A stretch of DNA of 62,592 bases, filler included. It is 4 parts of 4 records of this genome, joined end to end, with 100 filler letters (N's around TTAATTAATTAA, not from the genome) between each part and the next. Parts side by side here need not be neighbours in the genome. Positions count along the whole stretch, not along the records: positions 23,758 to 50,602 come from SRR2962707_1415; 3 more parts are not named here. One strand, written 5' to 3'. Every line of letters starts with the position of its first letter. Position 1 is the stretch's first letter. Of this stretch, positions 28,248 to 38,417 are shown one piece after another. The translations under genes and the position numbers were made by a program. Below the pieces are notes generated by a model that was not told where the DNA came from, did not search any database, and worked only from the letters and a program-made list of their open reading frames with translations.

Positions 28248-28714
28248 TGAAGGGCACGCTGAAATCGAAAGAGCGTCGGCTGCTGGTCATCGGGTGGATG
28301 GAGCATGTCAGCCTCCCTGCGCTTGGGCTTGAGAACGTGAAGGCCAAGATCGACACTGGCGCGCGCACATCGGCGCTTCATGCTGTCGGGATCGAGACCT
28401 TCTTTCGGGGCGATACCGAGTGGGTGAAATTTCAGGTTCCGATGGAAGGAATATCGCCCGCGCTTTGCGTCGAAGCACCGGTCCACGACCGGCGGCTGAT
28501 CAAGAACACAAGCGGTGTCCCCGAAGAGCGGATCATCATCCGAACCCAGTTAAAATTGATGGACCAATCATGGCCCATCTCAGTCTCACTCGCTGATCGC
28601 AACAATATGCGATTTCCGATGATCGTCGGGCGCACCGCGCTCAAGAAACGAAATATCGCAGTGCATACGCGCCGCGCCAATCTGACCACCGAAATTGGTC
28701 AACAACGCCCTTGA
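28247..28714 (+). CDS. Putative ATP-dependent zinc protease / retropepsin-like RimB family protein
   Basis: IGWMEHV.LP, KAKIDTGARTSALHA, SLADRNNMRFPMIVGRTAL; directly upstream of rimK. Confidence 0.88.
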   Translation: MKGTLKSKERRLLVIGWMEHVSLPALGLENVKAKIDTGARTSALHAVGIETFFRGDTEWVKFQVPMEGISPALCVEAPVHDRRLIKNTSGVPEERIIIRTQLKLMDQSWPISVSLADRNNMRFPMIVGRTALKKRNIAVHTRRANLTTEIGQQRP

Positions 28715-28732
28715 GGCAGAAAGTATTTTCAA

Positions 28733-29638
28733 ATGAAAATCGCAATGATGGCACGTAATGCCAACCTATACTCCCACAAACGCCTGAAAGAAGCCGCCGA
28801 AGCACGTGGCCATGATCTGCACATCATCAACACGCTGCGCTGCTATATGAACATCGCTTCGCGTCGCCCAGAGATGTACTATAACGGCGAAAAACTGGAA
28901 GGCTATGACGCGGTCATTCCTCGTATTGGTGCCTCTGTAACTTTTTACGGTCTGGCAGTTCTTCGCCAGTTCGAGATGATGGGCGTTTACCCGTTGAACG
29001 AAAGTGTCGCCATTGGCCGTAGCCGCGACAAACTGCGCTCAATGCAGCTTTTGGCCCGTGATGGTGTTGGCCTGCCAGTCACCACATTTGCCCATGACCC
29101 AAAACAGACTGACGAAGTGCTGGAACTTGCTGGCGGTGCGCCCGTGGTTATCAAACTGCTTGAAGGTACACAGGGCATCGGTGTCGTATTGGCCGATACC
29201 AAGCGTTCTGCGGTTTCCGTGGTCGAAGCGTTCCGCGGGGCCGGCGTGAACATCTTGTTGCAAGAGTTCATCAAGGAATCCGGCGGCACCGACATCCGCG
29301 CCATCGTTGTTGGAGGCAAGGTAATTGCCGCCATGAAACGTACCGGCGCAAAAGGCGATTTCCGTTCGAACCTGCACCGTGGCGGATCGGCCGAAGTCAT
29401 CAAGCTGTCACCGGAAGAGCGGTCTACCGCGATCCGCGCGGCCAAATCCATGGGTCTGAACGTCTGCGGCGTTGATATGCTGCGCGCCAACCATGGCCCC
29501 GTTGTGATGGAAGTAAACTCGTCCCCGGGTTTGGAAGGCGTTGAGAACGCAACCGGTCTGGATGTTGCAGGGAAAATCATCGAGTACATCGAAAAAAGCG
29601 CTGAGAAAGGCAACACCAAGACCAAAGGTAAAGGTTGA
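28733..29638 (+). CDS. rimK: RimK alpha-L-glutamate ligase (ATP-grasp)
   Basis: [53 protein letters not shown]. Confidence 0.96.
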   Translation: MKIAMMARNANLYSHKRLKEAAEARGHDLHIINTLRCYMNIASRRPEMYYNGEKLEGYDAVIPRIGASVTFYGLAVLRQFEMMGVYPLNESVAIGRSRDKLRSMQLLARDGVGLPVTTFAHDPKQTDEVLELAGGAPVVIKLLEGTQGIGVVLADTKRSAVSVVEAFRGAGVNILLQEFIKESGGTDIRAIVVGGKVIAAMKRTGAKGDFRSNLHRGGSAEVIKLSPEERSTAIRAAKSMGLNVCGVDMLRANHGPVVMEVNSSPGLEGVENATGLDVAGKIIEYIEKSAEKGNTKTKGKG

Positions 29639-30681
29639 TGGGTCGCCGCGCAGCATTTGAATTTGGGGGCGTCAGCATTGCAGCTGGCGCACGCCAAACC
29701 GTCGATCTTCCGGTCAGTGTTCTGTCAGACCACACGCCGGTTTCAATGTCTGTACATGTCATTCATGGAAAGCTCGACGGGCCAACCATGTTCGTCAGTG
29801 CCGGCATTCACGGGGACGAAGTGATTGGCGTCGAAATCGTCAGACGTCTGTTGCGGACACCCAATCTGAAATCGCTGCGCGGCACGCTTATTGTGATCCC
29901 GATCGTGAACGCATTCGGGTTTATCAACCACTCTCGCTATCTTCCTGACCGCCGTGACCTGAACCGAATGTTTCCAGGCACGTCCGGCGGGTCGCTCGCA
30001 TCCCGATTGGCCAGTCTATTTTTGAACGAGATCGTCGCCCGCTGCGATCTTGGGATTGATCTGCACTCAGCCGCAATCCACCGCACGAACCTGCCCCAAA
30101 TCCGTATTTCCCCGGATAATCCCTATACCGCCGAATTGGCCGAAGTGTTCGGCGCACCGGTCATTTTGCAATCACCACTACGCGAGGGTTCCTTGCGGGG
30201 GGCCGCGAAAGACATCGGCAAGGATGTCTTGCTGTACGAAGCCGGCGAAGGCCTGCGTTTTGATGAGATGTCTGTACGCGCGGGGGTCGCAGGTATCTTA
30301 CGTGTGATGCGGCACATTGGGATGCTTCCCGCCAAGGGTATCGCCAAGCCAAAAGCTGCGTCCCAGTATTGCCTCTCCAGCAAATGGCTGCGCGCACCGG
30401 CTGGTGGGCTTCTGCGCACCTTCAAGGCGGATGGCGATGTTGTGGCCAAAGGTGACGTGATGGCGATTGTCGCAGATCCATTTGGCGAAGAAGAAGAAGA
30501 AATCATCGCGCCATTTAACGGTATTGTGGTTGGCCGCGCGGTATTGCCAATCGTGAACGAAGGCGATGCCGTTTTCCACCTCGCGCGGGTTAAATCGATG
30601 ATCAGAGCGGAAGGCGCGGTTGAAGAATTGAATGACCAGCTAACGGATGATCCGCTTTTTGACGAAGATGAAATTATCTAG
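29638..30681 (+). CDS. Succinylglutamate desuccinylase/aspartoacylase family (M14-like) protein
   Basis: AGIHGDE zinc motif, DLNRMFPG, IDLHS, YEAGE, C-terminal biotinyl-like barrel. Confidence 0.92.
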   Translation: MGRRAAFEFGGVSIAAGARQTVDLPVSVLSDHTPVSMSVHVIHGKLDGPTMFVSAGIHGDEVIGVEIVRRLLRTPNLKSLRGTLIVIPIVNAFGFINHSRYLPDRRDLNRMFPGTSGGSLASRLASLFLNEIVARCDLGIDLHSAAIHRTNLPQIRISPDNPYTAELAEVFGAPVILQSPLREGSLRGAAKDIGKDVLLYEAGEGLRFDEMSVRAGVAGILRVMRHIGMLPAKGIAKPKAASQYCLSSKWLRAPAGGLLRTFKADGDVVAKGDVMAIVADPFGEEEEEIIAPFNGIVVGRAVLPIVNEGDAVFHLARVKSMIRAEGAVEELNDQLTDDPLFDEDEII

Positions 30682-30734
30682 TTGGGCCGAACCGAACCCG
30701 AAAATGATAACGTTCAAAAACTAATGGAATTGCA

Positions 30735-30778
30735 GGGGCAACAAAACATGCCCCGCTTGGGGGCTTTCGACAGCCCCC
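30735..30778. terminator. Tandem hairpins between convergent genes
   Basis: GGGGCA/TGCCCC (30735-30754) and GGGGGCT-TTCGAC-AGCCCCC (30759-30778). Confidence 0.5.
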
Positions 30779-30863
30779 GGTTTCCAATTCAATAGATGCA
30801 GAGCAGCGCCCGTTGGTAATTTGCAGCTGGCGCACCCAGCTTACGGACGTACCCCCTTTGCTA

Positions 30864-31445
30864 TCAGTACGGATTTTTAGGCGACCGGTCGTCCGACAGG
30901 GACCGCTGTGACCGCTCGACAATCATCACGGTCGCATCTGCCAGATGTTGGCGTTCGATGTGGTGATCGCCACGCGCCACCCGCAGCTTATGGGCCTCTA
31001 GCATCACCTCGGCATGGGATGAACCGCGCGGCGGGATGAAAGTATAACATGCCAGTTCGATCAAAAACCCCAGCGGGTCCTTGAAATAGATCGAATGCAT
31101 AAAACCGCGATCCTTGACGCCGGAATTACCGATGCCGCGTTCTTGCAGCCGGTCAAGCACTTGGTCGAACATGGCGCGGTCGACCTCGAACGCCAGATGA
31201 TGCACGCAGCCCGCATCAGTGGGGGTCCGGCTGTGAACCGGTTTGCGATCTTCATTGGTGAAAATCGTGATCAAACGCCCGTCGCCGGGATCGAAATACA
31301 GATGCCCCTCGTTAGGGTTGTCCAGATTGGGCTGGTCAAAGATGAACGGCATCCCCAGCAGCCCCTCCCAGAAATCAATGCTGGTCTGGCGGTCCGCGCC
31401 CATCAATGTGATGTGATGAACCCCGATGACTTGGATTTTCTGCAT
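30864..31445 (-). CDS. VOC/glyoxalase family protein
   Basis: GVHHITL, HLYFDPGDG, VHHLAF, SIYFKDPLG.LIEL. Confidence 0.92.
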   Translation of the reverse strand: MQKIQVIGVHHITLMGADRQTSIDFWEGLLGMPFIFDQPNLDNPNEGHLYFDPGDGRLITIFTNEDRKPVHSRTPTDAGCVHHLAFEVDRAMFDQVLDRLQERGIGNSGVKDRGFMHSIYFKDPLGFLIELACYTFIPPRGSSHAEVMLEAHKLRVARGDHHIERQHLADATVMIVERSQRSLSDDRSPKNPY

Positions 31446-31484
31446 TTTCGCTTCCCCAATTTTAACACTTAGCTAAAATAATAG

Positions 31485-32666
<1,182 letters not shown>

Positions 32667-32739
32667 ATCAGGCACACTTTACCAAAGCCCGATCAGCGGC
32701 AGGACGGCCCTGCCCTAAAGGCAGGAAACACGTCACCTC

Positions 32740-33642
32740 ATGGCTACAGACCGATCCTCATCCAACGACTTTGGCCGGCCTTTACGGCGGATCATGTTGT
32801 CTGTGCTGTTCTTGCTGCTTGTTGGCGTATTTCTGCTGTGGCGCATCGACAGCCCGCGTGTCGAACGGTTTCGCGCACAAATCACAGATCGCATTGTGCC
32901 CAATCTGGATTGGGCCATGGCCCCCGTGACCGGAACCGTCAATCTGCTGCGCGACTATCAAAGCTATCAACGGCTTACCGTACAAAACCAAGAACTACGG
33001 TCCGAGCTGCGCAAGATGCAGACCTGGAAGGAAGCCGCGCTGCAGCTTGAACAGGAAAATGCACGGTTGCTGGACCTGAACAAGGTGCGGCTTGATCCAC
33101 GCCTGACCTATATCACGGGCGTCGTACTGGCGGATTCCGGATCACCGTTCCGGCAATCCGTCTTGCTGAACGTGGGATCAAGAGACGGCATTGTAGAAGG
33201 CTGGGCCACGGTTGATGGCATCGGCCTTGTGGGCCGAATTTCAGGGGTCGGAAAAGACACGGCACGGGTCATTTTGGTCACCGACACCTCCAGCCGCATC
33301 CCCGCGACCATCCAACCCTCGGGCCAGCGCGCGATTATCGCGGGTGATAACTCTTCTGCGCCGCCGATTGATTTTCTGGAAAACCCCGATCTTGTCCGCC
33401 CCGGTGACCGTGTGATCAGCTCGGGCGACGGGGGCGTGTTTCCAGCGGGCTTGTTGATCGGTCAGGTCGCCGCCGATCCCGGTGGCCGGTTGCGTGTGCG
33501 GCTCGCTGCCGATTTTGAACGGTTGGAGTTTTTGCGGGTCTTGCGCGGTCACAGCGTCGAAAAAGTGACCGAAGGCGCGTCTATCATCCTAGATCAAACA
33601 CCCGCCCCGGCACCAATCACCCCCGAGGTTCTGAGCGAATAA
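32740..33642 (+). CDS. mreC: Rod shape-determining protein MreC
   Basis: TM plus coiled coil (LEQENARL), DSGSPFRQS, SSGDGGVFPAG; operon position. Confidence 0.95.
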   Translation: MATDRSSSNDFGRPLRRIMLSVLFLLLVGVFLLWRIDSPRVERFRAQITDRIVPNLDWAMAPVTGTVNLLRDYQSYQRLTVQNQELRSELRKMQTWKEAALQLEQENARLLDLNKVRLDPRLTYITGVVLADSGSPFRQSVLLNVGSRDGIVEGWATVDGIGLVGRISGVGKDTARVILVTDTSSRIPATIQPSGQRAIIAGDNSSAPPIDFLENPDLVRPGDRVISSGDGGVFPAGLLIGQVAADPGGRLRVRLAADFERLEFLRVLRGHSVEKVTEGASIILDQTPAPAPITPEVLSE

Positions 33643-34274
33643 TGGACACCCAATCGCCTCTTCGCCTGTGGATGATGCGCGCGGTGTTTCTGATGCTGGC
33701 GATGACGTTGCTGTTCTTTCACCTTTTGCCAATTGAAACACAGCCCGTGGCCTTGTTTCAGGTCGATCTGCTGCCCCCACTGGCCAGCATCGACCCCGCA
33801 GAGGCGCGACTGCGCAACCTGCTGAACCAAGGCAATGCACGGTATATGGTTGCACCTGATCTGCTGATTGCTTTCGCCTTTGCATGGTCCGTGCGGCGGC
33901 CCGAATATGTGCCTGCCATTTTGCTCTGCGCTGTGTTTTTGCTCACCGATTTGTTGCTTCAGCGTCCTCCGGGATTGTGGGCCTTGTTGGCCCTGATTGC
34001 ATGCGAAAACCTGAAAATACGCGGACGGTCCTTGCGCGACAGCAGTTTCGGGCCTGAATGGCTGGCCGTGACAATCTGGCTCGTGGCCATTTTGCTGGTA
34101 AACCGCTTTGTGCTAGTATTGGTGCTGGTGCCCCGACCTGATCTAAAACTTAGCCTGATCGAATTGGGACTGACGGTTTTGGCCTATCCTATCGTCGTTT
34201 TGATCACCCATCTTCTCATGGGGGTACGCAAGGCCACGCCGGGCGATTTTGACAGTACCGGTAGCCGCGCATGA
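33642..34274 (+). CDS. mreD: Rod shape-determining protein MreD
   Basis: Hydrophobic; APDLL..F.FAW..RRP; DLLLQRPPGLW. Confidence 0.9.
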   Translation: MDTQSPLRLWMMRAVFLMLAMTLLFFHLLPIETQPVALFQVDLLPPLASIDPAEARLRNLLNQGNARYMVAPDLLIAFAFAWSVRRPEYVPAILLCAVFLLTDLLLQRPPGLWALLALIACENLKIRGRSLRDSSFGPEWLAVTIWLVAILLVNRFVLVLVLVPRPDLKLSLIELGLTVLAYPIVVLITHLLMGVRKATPGDFDSTGSRA

Positions 34275-34284
34275 GGAGACGGGG

Positions 34285-36228
34285 ATGAGACGCAGCAGGG
34301 CAGAAACAGACGCGAGCCAAACCAAGCTGAGCCGCCGTGCAGCGTTGTTGGGCGGCGTGCAGTTGCTTTTTATGGGCGGTCTTGCCGCGCGCATGAACTA
34401 TCTACAGGTTGATCAAGCCGACCAATATCTGCTGCTGGCCGAAGAAAACCGTATCAACATCCGCCTGATCCCGCCCACCCGTGGCGAGATTTTTGACCGC
34501 AACGGCGTGCAGCTCGCCCAGAACGTCCCATCCTACCGCATCGTCATGGTCCGCGAAGAAGCAGGCGATGTCGAAGAAGTCATGCACCGTTTGGCCGACG
34601 TGATCCAACTGGCCCCCGAGGCGCGCGACCGCGCCATTGCCGAAGTGAAGGCAGCCGAGCGGTTTTTGCCCGTCACTGTCGCCGATAACGTCACCTGGGA
34701 TGAACTAAGCCGCGTTTCGGTGAATGCCCCCGCGCTGCCCGGTGTAAGCCCCGAGGTCGGCCTGACACGCGTTTATCCGCGCGGGTCCGACTTTGCCCAT
34801 ATCGTGGGGCGCGTTGGCCGCGTAAGTCAGGCGGACATCGACGCGCAGGAAACCCCGGACGCGGTGCTGCGTATTCCGCGTTTTCAAATTGGCCGCATCA
34901 ACGTCGAGGCCCGCGAAGAAGGGTTGCTGCGGGGTGTCGCAGGCACAAAGCAGGTCGAAGTGAACGCCACAGGCCGGGTGATGCGCGAACTGTCCCGCCG
35001 CGAAGGGCAATCGGGTGCCGACCTTCAACTGACCATCGATTCCAAGCTGCAAAATTACGTTCAGGCCCGATTGGGCACGGAAAGCGCGGCGGTCGTCATC
35101 ATTGATTGTGAAAACGGTGACCTGATCGCGAACGCGTCTTCGCCCAGCTATGACCCGAACCTGTTCATCGGGGGTATTTCATCAGCCGATTACGATCCCA
35201 TGCTGGAATCAAAGCACCGCCCGTTGGTGAATAAGACCGTTCAAGGCACCTACCCCCCCGGATCGACCTACAAAATGGTCGTGGCCATGGCCGCATTGGA
35301 AGAAGGCATTATCGGGCCGGACGACACCGTCTATTGCCCCGGCCACGTTGATGTCGGCGGGCGCAAATTCCACTGTTGGAAGCGCGCAGGCCACGGGTCG
35401 ATGGATCTGGAAAACTCGCTCAAGCAGTCCTGCGATGTGTATTACTATGACCTTGCCCTGAAAGTCGGGATCGAAAAAATATCAGCAATCGCCAAGCGGT
35501 TCGGGTTGGGCATCCGCCACGATCTACCCTTGTCCTCGGTCGCGTCTGGCCTGGCCCCGACAAAAGCGTGGAAAAGAGAAACACGCGGCGCAGAATGGGT
35601 AATCGGCGATACCGTCAATGCGTCGATTGGCCAAGGGTTCACGCTCAGCTCGCCGCTCCAATTGGCGGTGATGACAGCACGGATCGCGACCAACCGCATG
35701 GTCACGCCGCGCCTGATCAAATCCATCGATGGGATCGAACAACCCTCGGGCGGGGGCGAACCGTTGGGGATGAACGAAAACAACCTGCGCAAAATCCGCA
35801 AGGGGATGCATGTTGTCGTCAATGACAGACGGGGCACGGGATACCGGTCGCGTATCATTGCCGAAGGGATGCGTATGGCGGGCAAAACGGGCACCAGCCA
35901 AGTACGCAGCATCACCACCGCCGAGCGCGCCCGGGGTGTCAGCCGCAACGAGGATCTGCCCTGGGAACGGCGCGACCATGCGCTGTTCGTGGCTTTTGCC
36001 CCCTCGGACAAGCCGCGCTATGCCGTATCAGTACTGGTCGAACATGGCGGTGGTGGTTCAACAGCCGCTGCACCAATTGCACGCGACGTGCTTTTGCAGG
36101 CGCTTTATGGTGGCGAGCCCCCCCTTGATGCCTATCCAACAGGCGACAGAGACCGTATTGCGGAACAGCAAAAAGAACTGCGCGATGTCCAACCCCAAGC
36201 CACGATCAAAGGTAAAGATCAGGCATGA
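34285..36228 (+). CDS. mrdA: Penicillin-binding protein 2
   Basis: PGSTYK (SxxK), SCD, KTGTSQ, EHGGGGS. Confidence 0.96.
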   Translation: MRRSRAETDASQTKLSRRAALLGGVQLLFMGGLAARMNYLQVDQADQYLLLAEENRINIRLIPPTRGEIFDRNGVQLAQNVPSYRIVMVREEAGDVEEVMHRLADVIQLAPEARDRAIAEVKAAERFLPVTVADNVTWDELSRVSVNAPALPGVSPEVGLTRVYPRGSDFAHIVGRVGRVSQADIDAQETPDAVLRIPRFQIGRINVEAREEGLLRGVAGTKQVEVNATGRVMRELSRREGQSGADLQLTIDSKLQNYVQARLGTESAAVVIIDCENGDLIANASSPSYDPNLFIGGISSADYDPMLESKHRPLVNKTVQGTYPPGSTYKMVVAMAALEEGIIGPDDTVYCPGHVDVGGRKFHCWKRAGHGSMDLENSLKQSCDVYYYDLALKVGIEKISAIAKRFGLGIRHDLPLSSVASGLAPTKAWKRETRGAEWVIGDTVNASIGQGFTLSSPLQLAVMTARIATNRMVTPRLIKSIDGIEQPSGGGEPLGMNENNLRKIRKGMHVVVNDRRGTGYRSRIIAEGMRMAGKTGTSQVRSITTAERARGVSRNEDLPWERRDHALFVAFAPSDKPRYAVSVLVEHGGGGSTAAAPIARDVLLQALYGGEPPLDAYPTGDRDRIAEQQKELRDVQPQATIKGKDQA

Positions 36229-37364
36229 GTTATCTTGAATATAACGTCAAACACGTCCCCACCGGGTTCAGGAAAATCCTGCATCTGAACTGGCCCCTGA
36301 CCATTCTGCTGATTGCTGTATCCTGTGTCGGTTTCCTGATGCTGTACTCTGTTGCGGGCGGCAGGTTTATGCCTTGGGCCGAACCGCAAATGAAACGCTT
36401 TGCCATGGGGCTGGGGCTGATGATCGCCGTGGGGATGGTACCCATTTGGCTGTGGCGCAACCTTGCCGGGGTCGCCTATCTCGGGACAGTGGTTTTGCTG
36501 ATCGCGGTCGAACTGTTCGGCTCTGTCGGGATGGGTGCACAGCGCTGGATTGAATTGGGTTCTTTTCGCCTGCAGCCATCGGAGTTGATGAAAATCACCC
36601 TCGTGATGATGCTGGCTGCCTATTACGATTGGCTGCCAGCCAAACGCACATCGCGGCCCATTTGGGTGCTGCTTCCGCTAATCATGATCCTTGTGCCCAC
36701 TGCGTTGGTGCTCAAGCAACCCGACCTTGGTACGGCGCTATTGCTGATGTGCGCAGGCGGGGGGCTGATGTTTCTGGCCGGTGTGCATTGGGCCTATTTC
36801 GCCGTTGTATTTTCAGCAGGCATCGGGCTGATCACCGCGGTTTTTCAATCGCGCGGCACGCCGTGGCAATTGCTAAAAGACTATCAGTTTCGGCGGATCG
36901 ATACGTTTATCGACCCCAGTACCGATCCCTTGGGCGCGGGGTATCACATCACTCAGTCCAAAATTGCCCTTGGTTCCGGTGGCTGGACGGGCCGGGGCTT
37001 TATGCAAGGCACGCAATCGCGTCTGAATTTCCTGCCCGAGAAACACACTGATTTTATCTTTACCACCCTAGCCGAAGAATTCGGATTCATTGGCGGCTTT
37101 TCGTTACTGGGCCTGTACGCATTGATTATTATATTCTGTATCGCCGCCGCAGTGATCAACAAGGATCGGTTTTCTTCCTTGCTCACCTTGGGCATCGCGC
37201 TGAACTTCTTTTTGTTCTTTGCCGTGAATATGTCGATGGTGATGGGAATGGCACCGGTCGTGGGCGTGCCTCTGCCGCTCGTCAGCTATGGCGGATCGGC
37301 CATGCTGGTCCTTTTACTGGCCTTCGGGCTGGTTCAATCTGCACATGTTCATCGTCCAAGGTAG
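36225..37364 (+). CDS. rodA: Rod shape-determining protein RodA (SEDS)
   Basis: GAQRWI, QPSELMK, QPDLGT, LPEKHTDFIF, PLVSYGGS. Confidence 0.96.
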   Translation: MSYLEYNVKHVPTGFRKILHLNWPLTILLIAVSCVGFLMLYSVAGGRFMPWAEPQMKRFAMGLGLMIAVGMVPIWLWRNLAGVAYLGTVVLLIAVELFGSVGMGAQRWIELGSFRLQPSELMKITLVMMLAAYYDWLPAKRTSRPIWVLLPLIMILVPTALVLKQPDLGTALLLMCAGGGLMFLAGVHWAYFAVVFSAGIGLITAVFQSRGTPWQLLKDYQFRRIDTFIDPSTDPLGAGYHITQSKIALGSGGWTGRGFMQGTQSRLNFLPEKHTDFIFTTLAEEFGFIGGFSLLGLYALIIIFCIAAAVINKDRFSSLLTLGIALNFFLFFAVNMSMVMGMAPVVGVPLPLVSYGGSAMLVLLLAFGLVQSAHVHRPR

Positions 37365-37370
37365 GTCTGT

Positions 37371-38303
37371 ATGCCCCTAAATATTCTTTTTGCCGCTCGC
37401 GCCGAACGCTGGGCGACCTACGAACACCCCCTGCGCGACGCACTGCGTGATACGGGTATCACCGCCAACCTTAGCACTGATATTGCGCCGTCCGAGGTTG
37501 ACTATATCGTTTATGCACCGAACAGCGACTTGCAGGACTTTACCCCCTACACCCGCGCCAAAGCGGTGCTGAACCTGTGGGCCGGCGTTGAAAAAATTAC
37601 GGGTAATCCGACGCTGAAAATCCCGCTGGCACGTATGGTTGATCCCGGCTTGACCAAGGGAATGGTAGAATGGGTGACCGGACATGTGATGCGCTATCAC
37701 CTTGGGCTGGATATCGACATTCTGCACAGTGGCACTGACTGGACACCGCGCACGCCGCCCCTAGCACAAGAACGCAAGGTGGGTATTCTTGGTATGGGGG
37801 CCTTGGGCACTGAGGCGGCCAAAACGCTTGCCTACCTAGGATTTGATGTGGCGGGCTGGTCGCGTAGCCCCAAGACCGAACCGGGAATAAAATGTTTCGA
37901 CGGGGAACAAGGGTTGCAAGACATCTTGTCGCGCAGTGAAATACTGGTGCTTTTACTGCCCGACACACCAGCGACAGAAAACACCATCGACAAAGCTGCA
38001 CTGGCAACGATGCCAAAGGGTGCGTTTCTCATCAACCCCGGCCGGGGACCGTTAATTGACGATGACGCACTGATTAGCGCGCTTGATAGCGGCCAGATTG
38101 CACATGCGACCCTAGACGTTTTCCGAACCGAACCCTTGCCGGCGCAGCATCCCTATTGGGCGCATCCAAATGTCACCGTCACGCCCCACATCGCCGCAGA
38201 AACGCGCGCCGTGACAGCATCACAAATGGTCGTCGAAAACATCCAACGCGGCGAAACAGGGCAACCCTTTTTGCATCTGGTCGATCGCGCCTTAGGCTAC
38301 TGA
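37371..38303 (+). CDS. ghrA: Glyoxylate/hydroxypyruvate reductase A-like 2-hydroxyacid dehydrogenase
   Basis: GILGMGALG, GWSRSPK, INPGRG, LDVFRTEPLP, TPHIA. Confidence 0.9.
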   Translation: MPLNILFAARAERWATYEHPLRDALRDTGITANLSTDIAPSEVDYIVYAPNSDLQDFTPYTRAKAVLNLWAGVEKITGNPTLKIPLARMVDPGLTKGMVEWVTGHVMRYHLGLDIDILHSGTDWTPRTPPLAQERKVGILGMGALGTEAAKTLAYLGFDVAGWSRSPKTEPGIKCFDGEQGLQDILSRSEILVLLLPDTPATENTIDKAALATMPKGAFLINPGRGPLIDDDALISALDSGQIAHATLDVFRTEPLPAQHPYWAHPNVTVTPHIAAETRAVTASQMVVENIQRGETGQPFLHLVDRALGY

Positions 38304-38417
38304 ACGCGCCCGCCTTAAGGTCGGAATTTGAGTTTATTTGGCAAAATGAAATCAGCGCGGTTTACCTGATATTTCATTTTGCCCTTAAACTCTCGCCGAA
38401 GGCAAAAAGGTTTTTTC

